64,000 nt of DNA from Bigelowiella natans CCMP2755. Its lineage: Eukaryota > Protista > Cercozoa. The translations under genes were made by a program, and so were the position numbers. Positions 50,756 to 64,000 of the stretch are shown piece by piece. The stretch is from contig ADNK01000443.1 in assembly GCA_000320545.1 (NCBI GenBank), forward strand, positions 1 to 64,000. Reading direction: 5' to 3'. Under the pieces are notes generated by a model, which saw nothing but the letters and a program-made list of their open reading frames with translations, was not told the origin of the DNA and ran no database searches. Numbering within the stretch: the stretch's first letter is position 1; each line of letters begins with the position of its first letter.

Positions 50756-53007
50756 AGACAACAAACCATCGACAAATAACAGAGAGAAAGAACCGCAACG
50801 TTTGTCAATTCAACGAAATGCAACGGTATATTGTGGCCTTGCAAACGCTATCATCATAGAGGTGAAAGAAGTACTATGGCTATGTAAACACCATCACAGC
50901 GATGGAAAGAAGTAGGTCCCGTCATACCAGAAGCCTTATACTATCTGCAAGTGCGGCGCGTAAGCAACAATACCATTCGGTTTGATATCCTCAATCGAGA
51001 TGTAGCGTATCGTTTGGGTAGTCTAATACCATCAAGGACAGCAGTTCATATTATTAGGAAGGAGGCCCATTTTCGTATGCACGACAGATGCAGCACTATA
51101 CTTGTTGTACACATTCTGAACACACGCACATGAGCAAATAATCCCAACATCTGTGCACGTACTTGTGCGTGTATGTGTGAGTGAGCGTGAGCTGTGTTTG
51201 CGTACTGTTTTAGAATCAAAATATTTTGCCTTACTTGCATGCGGGACCCACCGGACAACCCGAGCTATGGCCGTTTCTAATGATGGCGTATGGTGTTATC
51301 ATGGTAAAATTCAAAGTCTCACGTTGGGTGTACTTCATCAAAAAAAGTGTGGAAATGACATGATACATCATATTTTGGAAGAAATTACACATCGATTGTA
51401 TCGCTGCTGATGCTACTGATAGACCCGAGAAGGGTAGCTTCCATGAGCTTGTCGACGGAGGAGGTGGGAAAGAAGGCCCTTGTAAAATTACATTCCGAAC
51501 GTGAAAATTTATAAGGCCGAAGTGCATCTTGGATTGGACGAAAAAGAAGAAGAAGGAGAAAAAATGCTTGAATTCTCAGAGAAATACGAGATTATTACCA
51601 CAACGCCGCGGAGGCAATAAAGGAGGCTGCCAAAGAGAATAGCGGTCCTGCCCGCGAAGTCTGAAGAAAGAGCAGAGGAGAAAAGTGTGAGAAAAGTTAG
51701 TAGGGGTGGTGAAGGTTGTTTCACATTCTTGAGAATAAGCTTACTCGTCTCCGCTTATCAGTCGGCGAGGTCTGTGAGCCGAAAAGAGGTGTTGTCTGAG
51801 AGGTTATACGTTTAAATGAGAGGGAAACAAAGAGTCAGTCGTTCGTAGCACAGCGCTGGATTTTAGATTACTTTCGGAAAATCTAAGTTCCACGAAAATC
51901 CAAGTTAAACATATTTCGAAGTTTAGCATACTTGGACCACAAATATCTTGTTCGTATCACACCATAGGAACTACCTCTGTAACCTGTGAGCTTCGGGAAA
52001 AGGTCTCTTCTCCCTGGCCCTGCATTGTAACACTCGAGATCCGAATCCGATCGGAACCTCCAATTCTCTCTTTGTGCAAAAGCCACTGCGTATATTTCTC
52101 CTCTGAGATTCGTCTGCTGACCGCGGGCCACGATCCCCTTGAAGAAGAGGAGGAAGGGAAGGAAGGGAAGGAGGAGAAGGAGAACGGGGCAAGATTCTTC
52201 GTTCGTGCGGGCGGGCAGGCCGGCGGGTGCAAATCGTAGATCCGACCGAGCAGTTGGCGGCGGAAGGACGACGGACGACAACAAAACGGAGGTAAGATTT
52301 ATTTGTCGGATCGACATTAACGCCGGAGATTCACCACCTGCGACTCGTTGCATCTGGGTAGAAATCAGTTCGCGACTGCTCACTCGTGCACCTCGAGCTG
52401 CTCGTTGCAGATTTCGTGGATTTGCAGCAAAAAAATCCGAAGAGAGTCGGGCATTCAATTAGATATACCGGTACCCAATTTTTATCAAGCCTAACTTGCG
52501 ACATGATGAGGACGATGTCTTAGTAAGAAAACCGAGGATATCTTGGCTTCATCTTTCTCGGTATCAGGATCGGTTTCTTCTTCCTGCCTTCAGCTAAGCA
52601 CACGCTCTGAGAAAAAGACTTGATGCGACATGGAAAACGTATTTCGTTTGGAGGTATAGTTTACCACTGGTGTGGAAAAATCAGAATTTTACGCCTTGGC
52701 AGGCGGATAGTTCTGTCTTCAGTTGGATCTTAACCTGCGCAGGCCAAGCAGTTATCGAATTGTTATCCGTTCGAAGAAACTAGTAATATTGCATCCTCCC
52801 CCACAAGCGCCAATAGCTCTGGTCGAAAGGATCAATAAGCTCTAAGACGTACGTGTGAATAGCATTACAACACACCTCCTTGTATTAGGTTTATTATTTT
52901 TTGGAACACTTGCAGTAGAAGGAGGTTCCACACGTAAATGAAGAAACGATGGTGTGGCTGAACTTTTCTCTCGCTCCTCTTACTATGATTCAGGAAACAA
53001 AAGTGAA

Positions 53008-53424
53008 ATGTCGCGAACATTGCCAGAAATATTGGAGGATGTAAAGGCTCAGCTTAAGGTTCGAAGGGGTTGCTCTATAAAGCAGCTTGCTAGGTAACTA
53101 CTTTTTCTTTTCTGGATAGTAAGTTCAGCACAGTAAATGAAGTTGTGAATTATCTCACATTTGATCCCGAATCTTCGCCCTGACAGGACCTTTAAACAAA
53201 ACGACCAGTCGGGCGACGGGTCATTTGACTTCGATGAATGGTCCATGGTAATGAGCCTTCCATGTTTGCCGCCTCATATTCGAATGGTGTCCATAAATTC
53301 TGAATCTTATCAAATTAGTGCCTTCAACGTGCTGGAATTTTCTTAAAAAACCACGAGATGAGCCGAGTCTTCCAGTAAGGCGCCACAAACACAAACACAC
53401 GCGCGCGCACACACCCACACACAC

Positions 53425-53472
<48 letters not shown>

Positions 53473-54924
53473 AGGGGGAAGGGAAATAGGCACAGGTAAA
53501 TCCCATACCCCCTACGAAAATTCGTACACAAACACAGAATATTGCTTATCTACATTAGCGCAAGAAGAGTTTTGTCTACTGTATATTCGTACTTATTGTT
53601 CTCTTTTACCCCCTTCGACTCACCAACCATCCAGATCGTTCGACACAGACAAAAGCGGAAGCATTTCATATGAGGAATTCCTCGTCGGGATCTCGGTCTG
53701 TTATTATTGCGAATAAATGCACCACCTGTTCTTTCTCGTCAATATTCCTCACCCTTGTTTTTGCTCTTGCAGAGAGGTAAGCTGTCCGGTCGCAGAGCCA
53801 AAATATGCCTCAAGGCCTTTGCCAAATTCGACAAAAATGACATCGGGATAGTCTACCTCAATGACATGAAGGCTGTTTATGACCCCACAACGCACCCCAA
53901 GGTCCATGGTTTGCACATGCTGACATTCTCCTCAATTAAGATAACTACTGTTTTATAAAATAAACCTCCATCAAGCTGATGCAACTGAGGCTTTAATAAC
54001 AGACAGCACACGACTCTCATGCATGTTACGTTATCTGCATTTATTTTCAGGTTCTCTCCGGCGAACTCAAGGAAGAGCAGGTAGGCACTCAAAAAAGCCT
54101 ATCATATTGTTTACTCATGCAATAATTCATTCCTTCTTTATCATTTAGGCGTACAAGAGCTTCATCAACAGTTTCAACGGGACCCTTCTTCATAAGGTGA
54201 AGAAAAAGCCGATTCGAGTCTCCCTGGAAGAGTTCATGGCATACATGGCCGAGCTCTCCTCTTACATCCCTGCAAGCGACGACAAATTTGTTCAAATGGT
54301 CGAGAAAGCCTTCAAAGTGAGGGAGGTGCCATCAGCGGAGATGAAAGAAATGGACAAGAAGAAGCTAGACTCACTCAAAGACGAGATCCGTGAGAAAGTT
54401 AGGCAGCGCACCAAGTGCTCAAAATTCGAAAATGTCACCTTGTACCGGGCATGCCGCCACTTCGATACCGACGATAGTGGGGATATCGACTGTGACGAGT
54501 TTTCCCACGCTCTCAACACCTTGGGTATTCACTTACCTGAGAATGAAAAGGAGGCACTGTTTGAGTCTTTCAGACCGCAAAACGGAGCTATTAGCTACTG
54601 GGACTTTTCCAAAGCATTGTTCCGAGACACAGAACCTGATTTAAACACGAGCATGACGAAAACAATTGGACGAAAAGAAAAGGTGCCATCCGGCCCAAAT
54701 AAGGTTGTCACACAGTCAGTCGTGCATAATGTTTTCGTGTTTTCTACCCGCCACCCCTTCCCACCCCCCCCCCCCTTTCATTGAAACGGAAGATTTCTGA
54801 CAGGGTTGGTTTGTTGGTCATTTATTTATTATTGTGCTGTGGCTGCTTTCCCTTCATCTCGTGAAATAAATAGATCCTTAGCCCTATCGCAAAGAAAAAG
54901 ATTCCTCAGTGGGCCATGCCTTAA
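53008..54924 (+). CDS. Calcyphosin-like EF-hand protein
   Basis: Exons give LARTFKQNDQSGDGSFDFDE, FDTDKSGSISYEEFL, GKLSGRRAKICLKAFAKFDKN, YDPTTHPKVLSGE and VSLEEFMAY...DDKFVQM, plus an extra EF pair FDTDDSGDIDCDEF. Confidence 0.88.
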
Positions 54925-55199
54925 ATTCGTCCGAGGAGGAAAGTTGTGATCAGCTATCATGATGTATCTTGTAGAAGTCCAATTGTGTTCTCCATCTGTC
55001 ACTTGCACGCAACGAGAATCTCCGAAGCTTTGGATTGGGCCATTTATGGCTCATTGCTGCTCCGCCTGTTTGGCACCAATTGGATATCGTTATGAAATTG
55101 TTTATTTTAAAAAAAATCCTCTTACATAGTATTCTCACCAGCAAAATGAAGGATCGTTTTTGGCTGTTGCAGACCTTACGATGTATGCCACTTGCTATG

Positions 55200-55241
<42 letters not shown>

Positions 55242-55659
55242 TACACATAAAATACATAATATTCATTGCGTGGCACAGCATGTACGTCGGTAGCGACGTT
55301 AATTAATATGTGGCTCATGCGTATTGTCATATACATATTGCCTCCTGGATGCGTGTACATAAAACTAAGGCGCGATATAGCGATATGTGACACTGAAGGC
55401 ATGCGATGTACACATGTCGTAGACGGCTACATGTATAGGGACATATATGTCCATATATCAGCGATCGCGAGCAATACGATAAGCCTGCGCATGCATGTTT
55501 AGATTTACTTGTTTATTTTTAAAAATAAACATAAAATATACATATTTGACGAACTGATATATATTTACTATGCTGTGATACAGCTACTCTAGCCCAGCGT
55601 GGACGTACGTACGTAGATGTGCAGAATGCACCGCAGAGACTAGCTATACGCTGTCGCCG

Positions 55660-56761
55660 CTATTGCTTCTCATTCTCCTCGGCAGCGTTGGCCTTTTTAC
55701 TTTCGTCAGCTGTTCTTTTCTCAGCAGCGGAACAACTACCCGGTTTTTTAGGGGGAGGGGGTGGGGGGTGTCGCTTTTTTACGCCGCTACTCTTAAGCTT
55801 TACCGACTTGAGCATATCTTTTGAGACGGAAATCTGTGGCGTTGATGCGCCAGACGGGCTTCTGCTCCTCGACCTGGAAGAAGAGCTCTTGTTACGAGCA
55901 CGACGCCTCGAGGATTCTCCCTCTTCCTCTTCCATGTGCCTCACCGGACTGGCTTCCCTGCTTCTGCTCAGATTTTGTGCTTCCCGAAAGGTAGATGAGC
56001 TGATGACGTGAGCCCTCGTGTGATGTGGCTTGTTCATGGGACCCTCCTTTCCCTCTCTAGCCCTTGCGCTCAACCCCGGCAACGACGAGTCGCTCTCCAG
56101 TGAGGAGGCAGTGGGGGAGCGACTTCGCAGCGACATCTTTCTGGCATTCCACCTGTTGCGCCTGGCCTTTATTCTCTTCATTTTGTTCTGCACGCTCGAG
56201 GGGCTTGCGACTTCTTTGATCTGAGTATATCCAAGAGGAGGAGGTGGAGGAGGTGGGAGAAAGGAGTTTATTAGCCAGCAGCAAGCTTTATCACCAACAT
56301 AATAATCACATGATGATCCTACACTTTCCACTCCTCTCTCTCTCTTTCTCTCTCTGTTTCTCCCGCACCCCCTCTCCCCGTCTTTGCCACCTCTTTCAAA
56401 ACTGAGGGTCTCAATGATGTCTTCATCTTGTTGCTATTATCACTTCCGCTGAAATTATCGATATCGAGTCGTGCATTCAGCGCGGAGCTTGATGGATCAA
56501 ATTTCATAGCCGTGGGCTCTTCCTTGATACGCGCGCGTCCGAAGACCTCTTCATTGTACTGTTTGGAAGAAGCAACATCACCACCACTATCATCGTCATC
56601 ATCATCGTCACAATTAATACTAATTTCAGTCAAGCGTGCCATTCTACCGAAGATACCGACTTATATATATATATATATTCTTTCCCAGCACCAATTTGTG
56701 GTATCTTTAAGTTCAGATATACCCTCTTCTCTCTCTCTTTCTTTCTTATTCCCTCTTCCAC

Positions 56762-56796
<35 letters not shown>

Positions 56797-57937
56797 AGAC
56801 ATCAATGTAAATGCGTGCGCGTGTAAACATAATCATCCCCGCGACTACCAAGATGAGCTTTTCCACCGATTCGATGGACATCGGGATATTGCGGATGTTG
56901 GCCGGATCATTCTCGTTCTTTGAGCGCATGAGAGAGGGTGCCCAGCACGTCGCCACGTTCTTCGGCAGCATCTTGTTCACATCGGCCTTGTCCGTAATCT
57001 GGATTGCATTGAATTTCGAGTCAGGCAAAGGCCGATCCACTTGAGTGTGCGATTGCGTGCAGTGAAGATTAGGAGAAGAGAAAGAGAAGGCTTTTCCAAT
57101 TTCTCCTGCTTTTGGTATACTATATCCCCCCCCACAACCGACCCCCCCTCCTCCTCCTCCTTCTCCTCTTTCTTCTTGCATGCAGTGTGAAAGTCGATGA
57201 GCACAACACCGTAACGCTATAACCGACGGCCGACCGACCTTCTTGAGGAAATAGGTGAGATATCGTAGAATGTTTCTAGTCAGAGGATCCATCGTCGACA
57301 TCACGATCTGAGAAGTGAACAATCCGATGAAGGATGGCGGAGGGAGCTTGATGATGATGATGATGATGATGATACACCCCAGAAAGGATCATGCCGAAAC
57401 ATCAAAGAAGCGGCGACAAATTCCCTCCTCGCAATTGTGCGGAGAGCGCAAAGAAAAGGGTGGAAGAGAAAGGGGGAGGGGAGCAGTTACTAGTGTTTAC
57501 TACTACTTGTACAACTACTACTACAACTACTACTACTACTACTACCTTATACTTTTCGACCATGTCCTCAGTGCTGGAAGACTACAAAATAGTTGCGGGA
57601 ACAGATCATTGTAAGAAGGAGGCGGGTTGACCGGCAATGATTGGGAAACTAATACAATTATTTATCTAAATCCTCCCCTCGCCCGCCCCCACCGACCCCC
57701 TCTCTTCCCCTCTTCTCTAATCTTTAAGAAGTCATGTAGCAATCGGCGAAAGCTACTATATTCTCTAATCGGTTCTTCGTCATCTATCTATCTATCTATC
57801 TTGGGCTGCTATTCTTCGTACAGCTTACATCTGAGGGAACGGTGATAAATCCCTTGTAGTGTGTGTATGGGATCAGCGGTTCTGGGAGCTCACGGAAGTA
57901 GAGCTTTAAGAGGCCGGCCACCTGCAAAATCCAACAT

Positions 57938-57997
<60 letters not shown>

Positions 57998-59112
57998 AGA
58001 GGGAGAGTTGTAAGGCACTATTTTTGTAATTAAAACAATATTCGATTCCATCCAGATCAAGCAAAAATTGGCTTTTTCGGTGCCGTGCCGCACAGTTGCT
58101 TATCACGTGCGCTTTAAGGAAGGCAATGAAAGGCAGGGTGGGAAGGGGGGGAGGGAGGGGTTACAGGAGCAGGATACTCGAAGTAAAGCCAATAAACAAA
58201 TAAACTGTCATCACCTCGTTAATCCCTTGCAGGCTAACTTCCTGGCGGCGGTCGTAGAGACTTTTCATCTCTCCGACTTTCTTCGCATCACCTGGGACAC
58301 GGAAGATTCCCTGATGCAGGCAGCAGCAGCAGCAGCAGCAGTAGTGTTAGAAGGAGGAGATGGGGGGCTGTTGATGAAGTCGGCCTAGGAGGGGCAAAGG
58401 CTTGCATCCCTTCTTCATGATGCATATCGGTATATTATCATTCAATATAGATACGCGTGTGATGATGGTGATGGTGATGATGATGGTGCTGATGATGCAA
58501 CTTCTATTTCTACACGTATATGTGAAACAACCTCAGAATCCAGTCCATGCTCTGTCAAGAACTCCACGCAATCGTAGATAGGCTGTGGAATCTTAACCTC
58601 ACTCGAGTTCAACCCAATTTTGAGCGGCTCGCCGAAGATCTTTGGCTAAGGAATAAATGAGGGGGGGAGAGGCAGGGTGAGGTGAGACTTGTTGAAACCG
58701 CAATAAAGCGCCATTCCCACAGGCATTTAATATTTGTATCATGTCCTTTACGTCATGCAACGAACAACGAGGCTTTGCTATCATCTTTTGAAGGGAAATC
58801 GCGGTTCACTTTAAGTCTCGACCGGTGTCACAGTGTCGCAGCAGCTACTCGTTTCAAGTACTCACCCATTCCAGTCAAATGCATTGATTCATTCGTTATC
58901 AATTCACTCATTTTATTCTTCTTCGTGGTTGGTGTTTCAACTTACAGCTCTCCGGATGCTCCCCGCTTGCTTCTTCCCCTCAGCGCTGTTCCAATCGATG
59001 ATCTTCGACGCACGGTAGATATAGAAGCGGAATTCGAGAAGGATCTCACCAGCCATATGGGTGCTCTTCAGGTCCCGTACCAACTCAAACCACGACCGGT
59101 GACTGCATCACC

Positions 59113-59154
<42 letters not shown>

Positions 59155-59477
59155 TATAAATATAAAGTTCTAGTATCACGAGAATGAAGCGAGGGAGAAT
59201 GTAGCGATATAAGGAAGGAAAAAAAATGGAGGAGGAAGAGGATAGATGGTGCTCTCCTTCTTCTTTTCTTTTTAAAATCAATCGCTCGCTGTCCGACGAC
59301 GATGACGTCGTTTTTCTACGAAGGGCGACCTGTAGCTGCAGCACATCCTTGCGTATTCTCCGGTGCAGAGGAATAAGTTCTCATACGCCGCATTATTACT
59401 ATTGTATCCTCCACTCTTGTTCTCTTCGTTGTAGAAGGCGACCGGCTGCATTATTTGCCAGTGAGCGAGTGCATCGA

Positions 59478-59517
<40 letters not shown>

Positions 59518-59521
59518 TAAT

Positions 59522-59579
<58 letters not shown>

Positions 59580-60204
59580 GCACCGACAATGGACAGTGGT
59601 GATGAACGCGAAGAAACGTAATCATCACACTTTTTCCCAAGAAGCACGCTGCATGAATATTGATTGATTGACGTGTCTAGCGCTCGCCGTTTTAGCCCTG
59701 CTGCTGCTGCTGCTTGTTGTTGTTGCTATTGCTACGACGACGAGCGACGCAACCCAACGCCACTTACTGGGGAGATGAAGGGAAGCACGCCGTGCAATGG
59801 CAAGCGTGCTCTGCCGATGAGCGAGTCTGCAACCATCCGCTTGCTCCACACCGACATCCTGAGAAACTGGTCTTCGCTTGAGATGGGGATCTCCACCGTG
59901 TGGTTCCATACAGGGTTCTGCCCGCCATCGACGCACTTGGGCACTGCATAAACAATCTTCTTTCTCTTCGACCTCCCTTCCAGGGAGAAACGAATGTACG
60001 GATCCTGCAAGTAACACCACACCAACAGAAGGGGGGGGAGGGAACAGCACTGCTTATTTGCGTCTACGTTGCTTTGCCGCCACTCGCTCACGCTGCAAGG
60101 CTTGTTGCGCCCCCTCTCCACACTTCTCTTCCCGAATCTAGATCATACGGTCAACAAACAAAAAGCCTCTCCCCTATCTATCTCCATCATATATATATAC
60201 TCGA

Positions 60205-60249
<45 letters not shown>

Positions 60250-60673
60250 CACAAAGAACATCGCGAATAGATCTACCTGATGGCCCATGCTCTGCGTATC
60301 GTATAAGTGCCTACCGCGAATAGCAGTAACGATAAGACGCCCTGCAATGCCGATGTTGGCTTGGGGAACGAGTACAGGTCCCAGGTAGCCGTTGGTGGCT
60401 TTAATCTTGGGGGAAAGGAAGAGAAAAGGGGGGGGGGGATGTTTGTTTGTCAGAGCAGCGAGCCCATAGCAGAGAGCAACGAGTCCACCGACAAAGCGTG
60501 AAAAGATATACATGCACACGCACACACACACACACACACACGCATACGCACAAATATTATGAACTATTATCAGTACATATTTTTAGTCGCTAGTTCTACT
60601 ACCTTATAGATCAAATGGTAAGGAGGCACGAATGCCTTTGCCGCAAGAGCCTCCTGAAAGGGTGAAGAGAGCA

Positions 60674-60720
<47 letters not shown>

Positions 60721-61301
60721 TATGTGTTGTGTATTATGCAATAATTTGGCACCTAGCCACATGCGCGCTATAGATGGAGACGAAGAAAGGAGGACGGGGA
60801 GAGGGAGAGAGACGAAGCGAAGAAGAAAAGGAGAAATCAAGGAGCGGGGAGATGAGCACGCAAAAATATTTTCGCGCAAGAAGCAACAACAAGTTCAGCA
60901 AAAAGATCTCGTGCTCAGAGCGTGACGGAGGAGCACCTTCTTCATAGATTCCAGAGCGCTTTTGACCAGGTCGGTTTTAAGGTCCTTCCCGCCTGTTTTC
61001 CGAATCGGATACCTGATGATGATAAGATGTGTGTGTGTGTGTGTGTGTGTGTGTGTTGCGGCGCTGCTAGTCATCGAGCGAGCGCATTTGACGAGGATGC
61101 ATTCGCCCTGCCTGTGAGAAGGCAAGTTGTTGGAACTCGCTGCTTGCAACAACAGACGGTGGCGGTCTGTCTGTGACTGTACTACCCCCTCTTGGTGCCT
61201 TCAACGGTACATTCCATCTTCTTGAGGTTTATGATGTAGCCACAGCCAGATACCTGTATGTGCACATAACACATGGTTTTTTTTCAAAAAAATATTTATA
61301 G

Positions 61302-61338
<37 letters not shown>

Positions 61339-61879
61339 GAGATATATTTGTGCTTGTGTATGTGCTTGTATATGTGTGTCAATATGTAAGATGGCTGAAA
61401 GGTTTGAGTCATCATCTTTTATCTGATGACATGCAATGTTGTTAGTGTTTCTAGTGGGATCGCACATCGTTTACCTTGAACTTGATTTCCTCTTGCCCGT
61501 TAGCCATACCCTGGTCAATGATAAGGCTCGCCTTCGGTAGGAAGCTTTTCCACTCTGATCAGCACAAGCACCCACACACAAATATGTATAAACATATAAT
61601 TGTGTACTCATACATATTATATATTAATATTTATTGCGTATAGCAGACTACTTAGCAAAATAGTGTTGGATTGGAGCTGTTTTTGAGTCGGTTACTAGGA
61701 GGGGATGCAAATGTTTTTTTTCAATCTCCGTCTCAAGAAGATGTGATCGTATCTCGGGAAATTCAGAATTTAGACCTACCCCCGTTCTTATGATGCTTGA
61801 ACTGCCATGAGACGGCTTGCATCATCGAGGGAGAGCGATTGTGAGAAACTAGATTTTGGTGGGATCCTAACAGTGCCAT
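55660..61879 (-). CDS. Rho GTPase-activating protein with WWE-like and C2 domains and a Pro-rich tail
   Basis: IFGEPL...IPQPIYDCVEFLTEHGLDSE|GIFRVPG (arginine finger), LPEPLIP and NKMLPKNVATCWAPSLMR. C2: LIVTAIRGRHL...DPYI...DGGQNPVWN. N-terminal WQFKHHKNGEWKSF...YIINLKKM. Confidence 0.88.
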
Positions 61880-62339
61880 CTTGCTTGAATCTAGGAGAGC
61901 ACACTCTTCCGAGAAAATCTTATGATGTTTTAGACGACCAACCCGCCCACTCTTTCTTCCGGTATACGGACTTCTTATTTCTCCCAACTCTCCCCCCGGC
62001 TACGATGCGATGATGCTGGCAGGTGATACGGGTAGTAGAGGGTCGGGAAATGTGAAATCGATGTTGTGGTTTTAAAGTGCGACAATAAATATACGTTGTC
62101 GTATGGATAAAATAGAATATATTGTCATCCTAAAAACGGCCGAAACGCTTCGTTAATATAGGCGTCGAGGGGCTTAAGGACTTAATTTACATGATTGGAA
62201 GCGGGCTCTCATGTGGGCTATTTTGCTGGTAAAAAAGGGTAGTGCGTCCATATTACAATGAAAATGACCTGCGTCTTCTGCTTCTGGACTGATTCTGTTG
62301 TCTTAAGGTAAGATACATTGTTGGCCTGCATGATGGTAG

Positions 62340-64000
62340 GCAAAGATTCGCCCCGATGAGAACGGAAGACAGAGGACGTCGAGGCACAGGTCGCAGGACA
62401 GTTACACTCGCTATTTGGATTCGTATTCTTTATCGTATTCCCAAAATATACATAGAATATCCTGAATTATTTTTCTATTTTTCCTAATAATTTGAAAACC
62501 TATCCTTTACATAATCCAGGGCGCCCAAGACCCCAGCAACCCTGTAGATATCAACGTGTCCCTGGGGAAGGGGGAAGGGATCAAAGTGGCGACCTTCGTT
62601 GAAACTGGAGCTATTTGCGTTTCCAAAGTCCTCGAACGATAGGGTTTTTCCTCCCTTCTGTATGGGGTCTCAGAATTCGCATGAAAGGCGTGATGATCTT
62701 GGAGGAAATTCTCGAAGAAGTTGCCGTTCGGAGACGCACCATGTGACGAAGAGGAATAGCTTTCCAGAAACGATACGTATGATGAGAAATTATGGATTCA
62801 AAATTCAGCATTGCGCTGGTGACATTGAACGTGTTGTTGTTGTTGTTGTTGTTGCTGTTGTTATTGCTGCTGCTGCTGCTGCTGCTGCGTGGTTGTTTAG
62901 CATCTCCGGACAAAGCCCGTGCACCCAACGTTGTGATACAGATCATCAGGGCACATATCCCCCATGACAAGCGAACAACAAGCATTGAAGGGTAAAACGT
63001 TATCAACGTTTTTCCCGTTGTAGTTCTGGCATATCTGACAGCTCTTTTCGCAACGTTGCTCATCGTCCTGTTTTTCCAGCTACATTGAAAGAGAGTCGAC
63101 GACCGCACACTGTACTGAAAAACCACGGCGGCAGCTTCCGATTAGCGAAGGAGATAATAAGGTATGGCATAATTTAAAATTATATGTAGAAGGGCGGGGA
63201 AAGATAGGGGAGCGTTGTAAGCTTAGGTGATGCCGTACCCTCTCTTTCCTCATACGTATTTGCTGCTGCGAATCTTAGAGGATACTTCCGCAAGTGCTAT
63301 CGAAGAAAGAATCAGCGTTGATGATAAATGCCTGCGAATTGTCATCCTCCAAGTTGAACGGAACAGTCGCCAGCAATATCTTCTGTACGTGCAGTAACAA
63401 CCTTCGCTTCCCCGAGCATCTGCATTTTGCGTCGATGAGTGTATACGCATATGATGAGCATTGCACCATTTCCATCGTTCCGATGTAGTGACGATACGCT
63501 GCGTTATAGCATAAATTTGGTGACGATAGGTACTCCAAGGAGGCCTGAAACTACGGACCCTGTATGGAACTACACCGTGGATTTTCAAGTCTCAGCCGCC
63601 GAAGGCGATATTCTCCATTTAAGACTGGCCAAGGGCGACAGGTACAATGCCGGAGTTTCTTCATACCTGCTTATACCATGCAATGCTCTCTCCGCTTTTT
63701 TTAGTCTCTTGCTACCTTATGGCTGCGGCTTCTTTCTGCTTTGATGGAGCAGCATAGCAGGATGATCTTGTTATTGCTAATGATATCCTGCACGTCGCTC
63801 TTCTTCTTCTTCTTCAGGATCGTTGCGAGAGGGGCATTTGACCTGTGCAAGCTTCCAACGGATGTTCCTCTAACGAAGTATCTCGCAGGCGCAACAAGCA
63901 AACAGAAGAAGATGAAACGTACTACCGCGACCACACTAGTAAAACATAATAATCTGGAGGAAGCAGCCGGAAAAAATGACTTTGTATACACATAATAGAA
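62340..64000 (+). CDS. C2-domain protein, partial (runs off the window; start uncertain)
   Basis: Exon ~63530-63641 TPRRPETTDPVWNYTVDFQV...DILHLRL and exon ~63818-63877 IVARGAFDLCKLP. Several smaller AG..GT exons upstream. Confidence 0.6.

Noticed and set aside
51883-52458. 191-aa minus-strand ORF with a hydrophobic stretch
   Set aside because: May be the 5' end of the GH79 gene or UTR, but I could not join it reliably, so it is not called as a separate gene.
1-64000. Transposase, reverse transcriptase, rRNA or tRNA genes
   Set aside because: No supporting motifs or structures recognised anywhere in the window.

Overview
Eukaryotic nuclear DNA: gene-dense, with GT-AG introns, many filled with microsatellites. 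Two genes have signal-peptide-plus-transit-peptide leaders, which suggests an alga with a secondary plastid, possibly a chlorarachniophyte (inference only). I assembled about 15 genes by hand from exons: an aspartyl protease (3' part), a Sel1-repeat protein, a 7TM protein, a GHSAG esterase, a giant AK9-like protein, an EF-hand/transglutaminase-like protein, a secreted esterase, an MsrA-like protein, a UxxC selenoprotein with a SECIS element, a SAM methyltransferase, a DEAD-box helicase, a GH79 heparanase-like protein, a calcyphosin-like protein, a WWE-C2-RhoGAP protein and a C2 protein (partial). Three observations stand out. (1) A regional TpA->TpG/CpA (A:T->G:C) hypermutation signature around the Sel1 gene, opposite in direction to fungal RIP and sparing CTAG. 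(2) A selenoprotein the ORF track misses, with a C-terminal CaaX, head-to-head with a compact MsrA-like gene. (3) Strict strand alternation over 13 consecutive genes, with a shared (GCTA)n/alternating purine-pyrimidine signature in the convergent spacers. All exon models and counts are manual and have not been checked against transcripts or databases.
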